A stretch of DNA of 64,000 nt, from assembly GCA_024679065.1 (NCBI GenBank), contig JAGIQG010000023.1:44516001-44580000 (forward strand), given 5' to 3'. The notes under the pieces are model-generated. The model did not search any database and was not told where the DNA came from. It saw only the letters and a list, made by a program, of their open reading frames with translations. The stretch's first letter is position 1; every line of letters starts with the position of its first letter. Position numbers and translations under genes: made by a program. Origin of the DNA: Sphyrna mokarran. Its lineage: Eukaryota. Below, one piece after another: positions 63,656-64,000 of the stretch.

Positions 63656-64000
63656 ACATCTTAAAAATACCGCTTCTTGTACAAGGGCAGTTTGCAGCTG
63701 CACCTCAAATTCTGGGCTGCGGTGCAGCTGGGAGGCAAAGTTCTTAACTATGCATTCATCAGCAACATTCTGTCTAGTAAGACAATGGTTTACTCTGTGG
63801 TGGTCAACTCTTGGCCCAGCAGTACCATTCTGGCACAAGAGTGTGCCACAAGACAGTGGGCCAAGGTAGTACTGGCTGCCATTTCCTCGCAGCCAGCTGA
63901 GTTTTTATTTCTGCTCACCTCCAAACCAAACCACCAGAGGTCAGAGTCATCTCCCAATTGTAAAATTCCATATCCATTATCTTCACATCGAACTCGCAAC

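Noticed and set aside
49139-64000. ILRUN exon 1, promoter or CpG island
   Set aside because: No MEGMD..KFSC..FFLDMTNW-like coding sequence and no CpG-rich region seen; exon 1 must lie beyond the window.
1-64000. CRISPR arrays, operons or prokaryotic defence systems
   Set aside because: The sequence is vertebrate, with spliceosomal introns; no regularly spaced repeats.

Overview
AT-rich vertebrate genomic DNA, almost certainly a shark or other elasmobranch (inferred from HE1/V-SINE, HER1/CR1, Deu-/LF-SINE-like and Penelope-like repeats). One protein-coding gene is supported: ILRUN (C6orf106) on the minus strand. Coding exons 2-5 lie at 48984-49138, 39703-39900, 36564-36892 and 20150-20185, all with GT-AG sites and consistent phases. 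Exon 1 lies beyond 64000, and a long 3' UTR probably runs towards ~17-18 kb. The rest is intron or intergenic DNA full of decayed CR1, L2, Rex1/Babar, Penelope-like and SINE copies; most ORF-track entries are noise or RT fragments. The three most interesting observations are: (1) a repeat-free end of ILRUN intron 4 holding two candidate stop-containing cassette exons (84 and 34 nt), plus a candidate intronic poly(A) site after exon 4, which together suggest switching among alternative ILRUN C-termini; (2) a composite retroelement in which a CR1 LINE 3' UTR appears to have captured a promoter-less V-SINE, present as 4 copies truncated at different 5' points; (3) two families of Penelope-associated minimal hammerhead-ribozyme motifs, including short fold-back elements, one with a perfect 12-bp TSD. 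Repeat boundaries were read by eye and are approximate; family names come from recalled consensus sequences, not from database searches.
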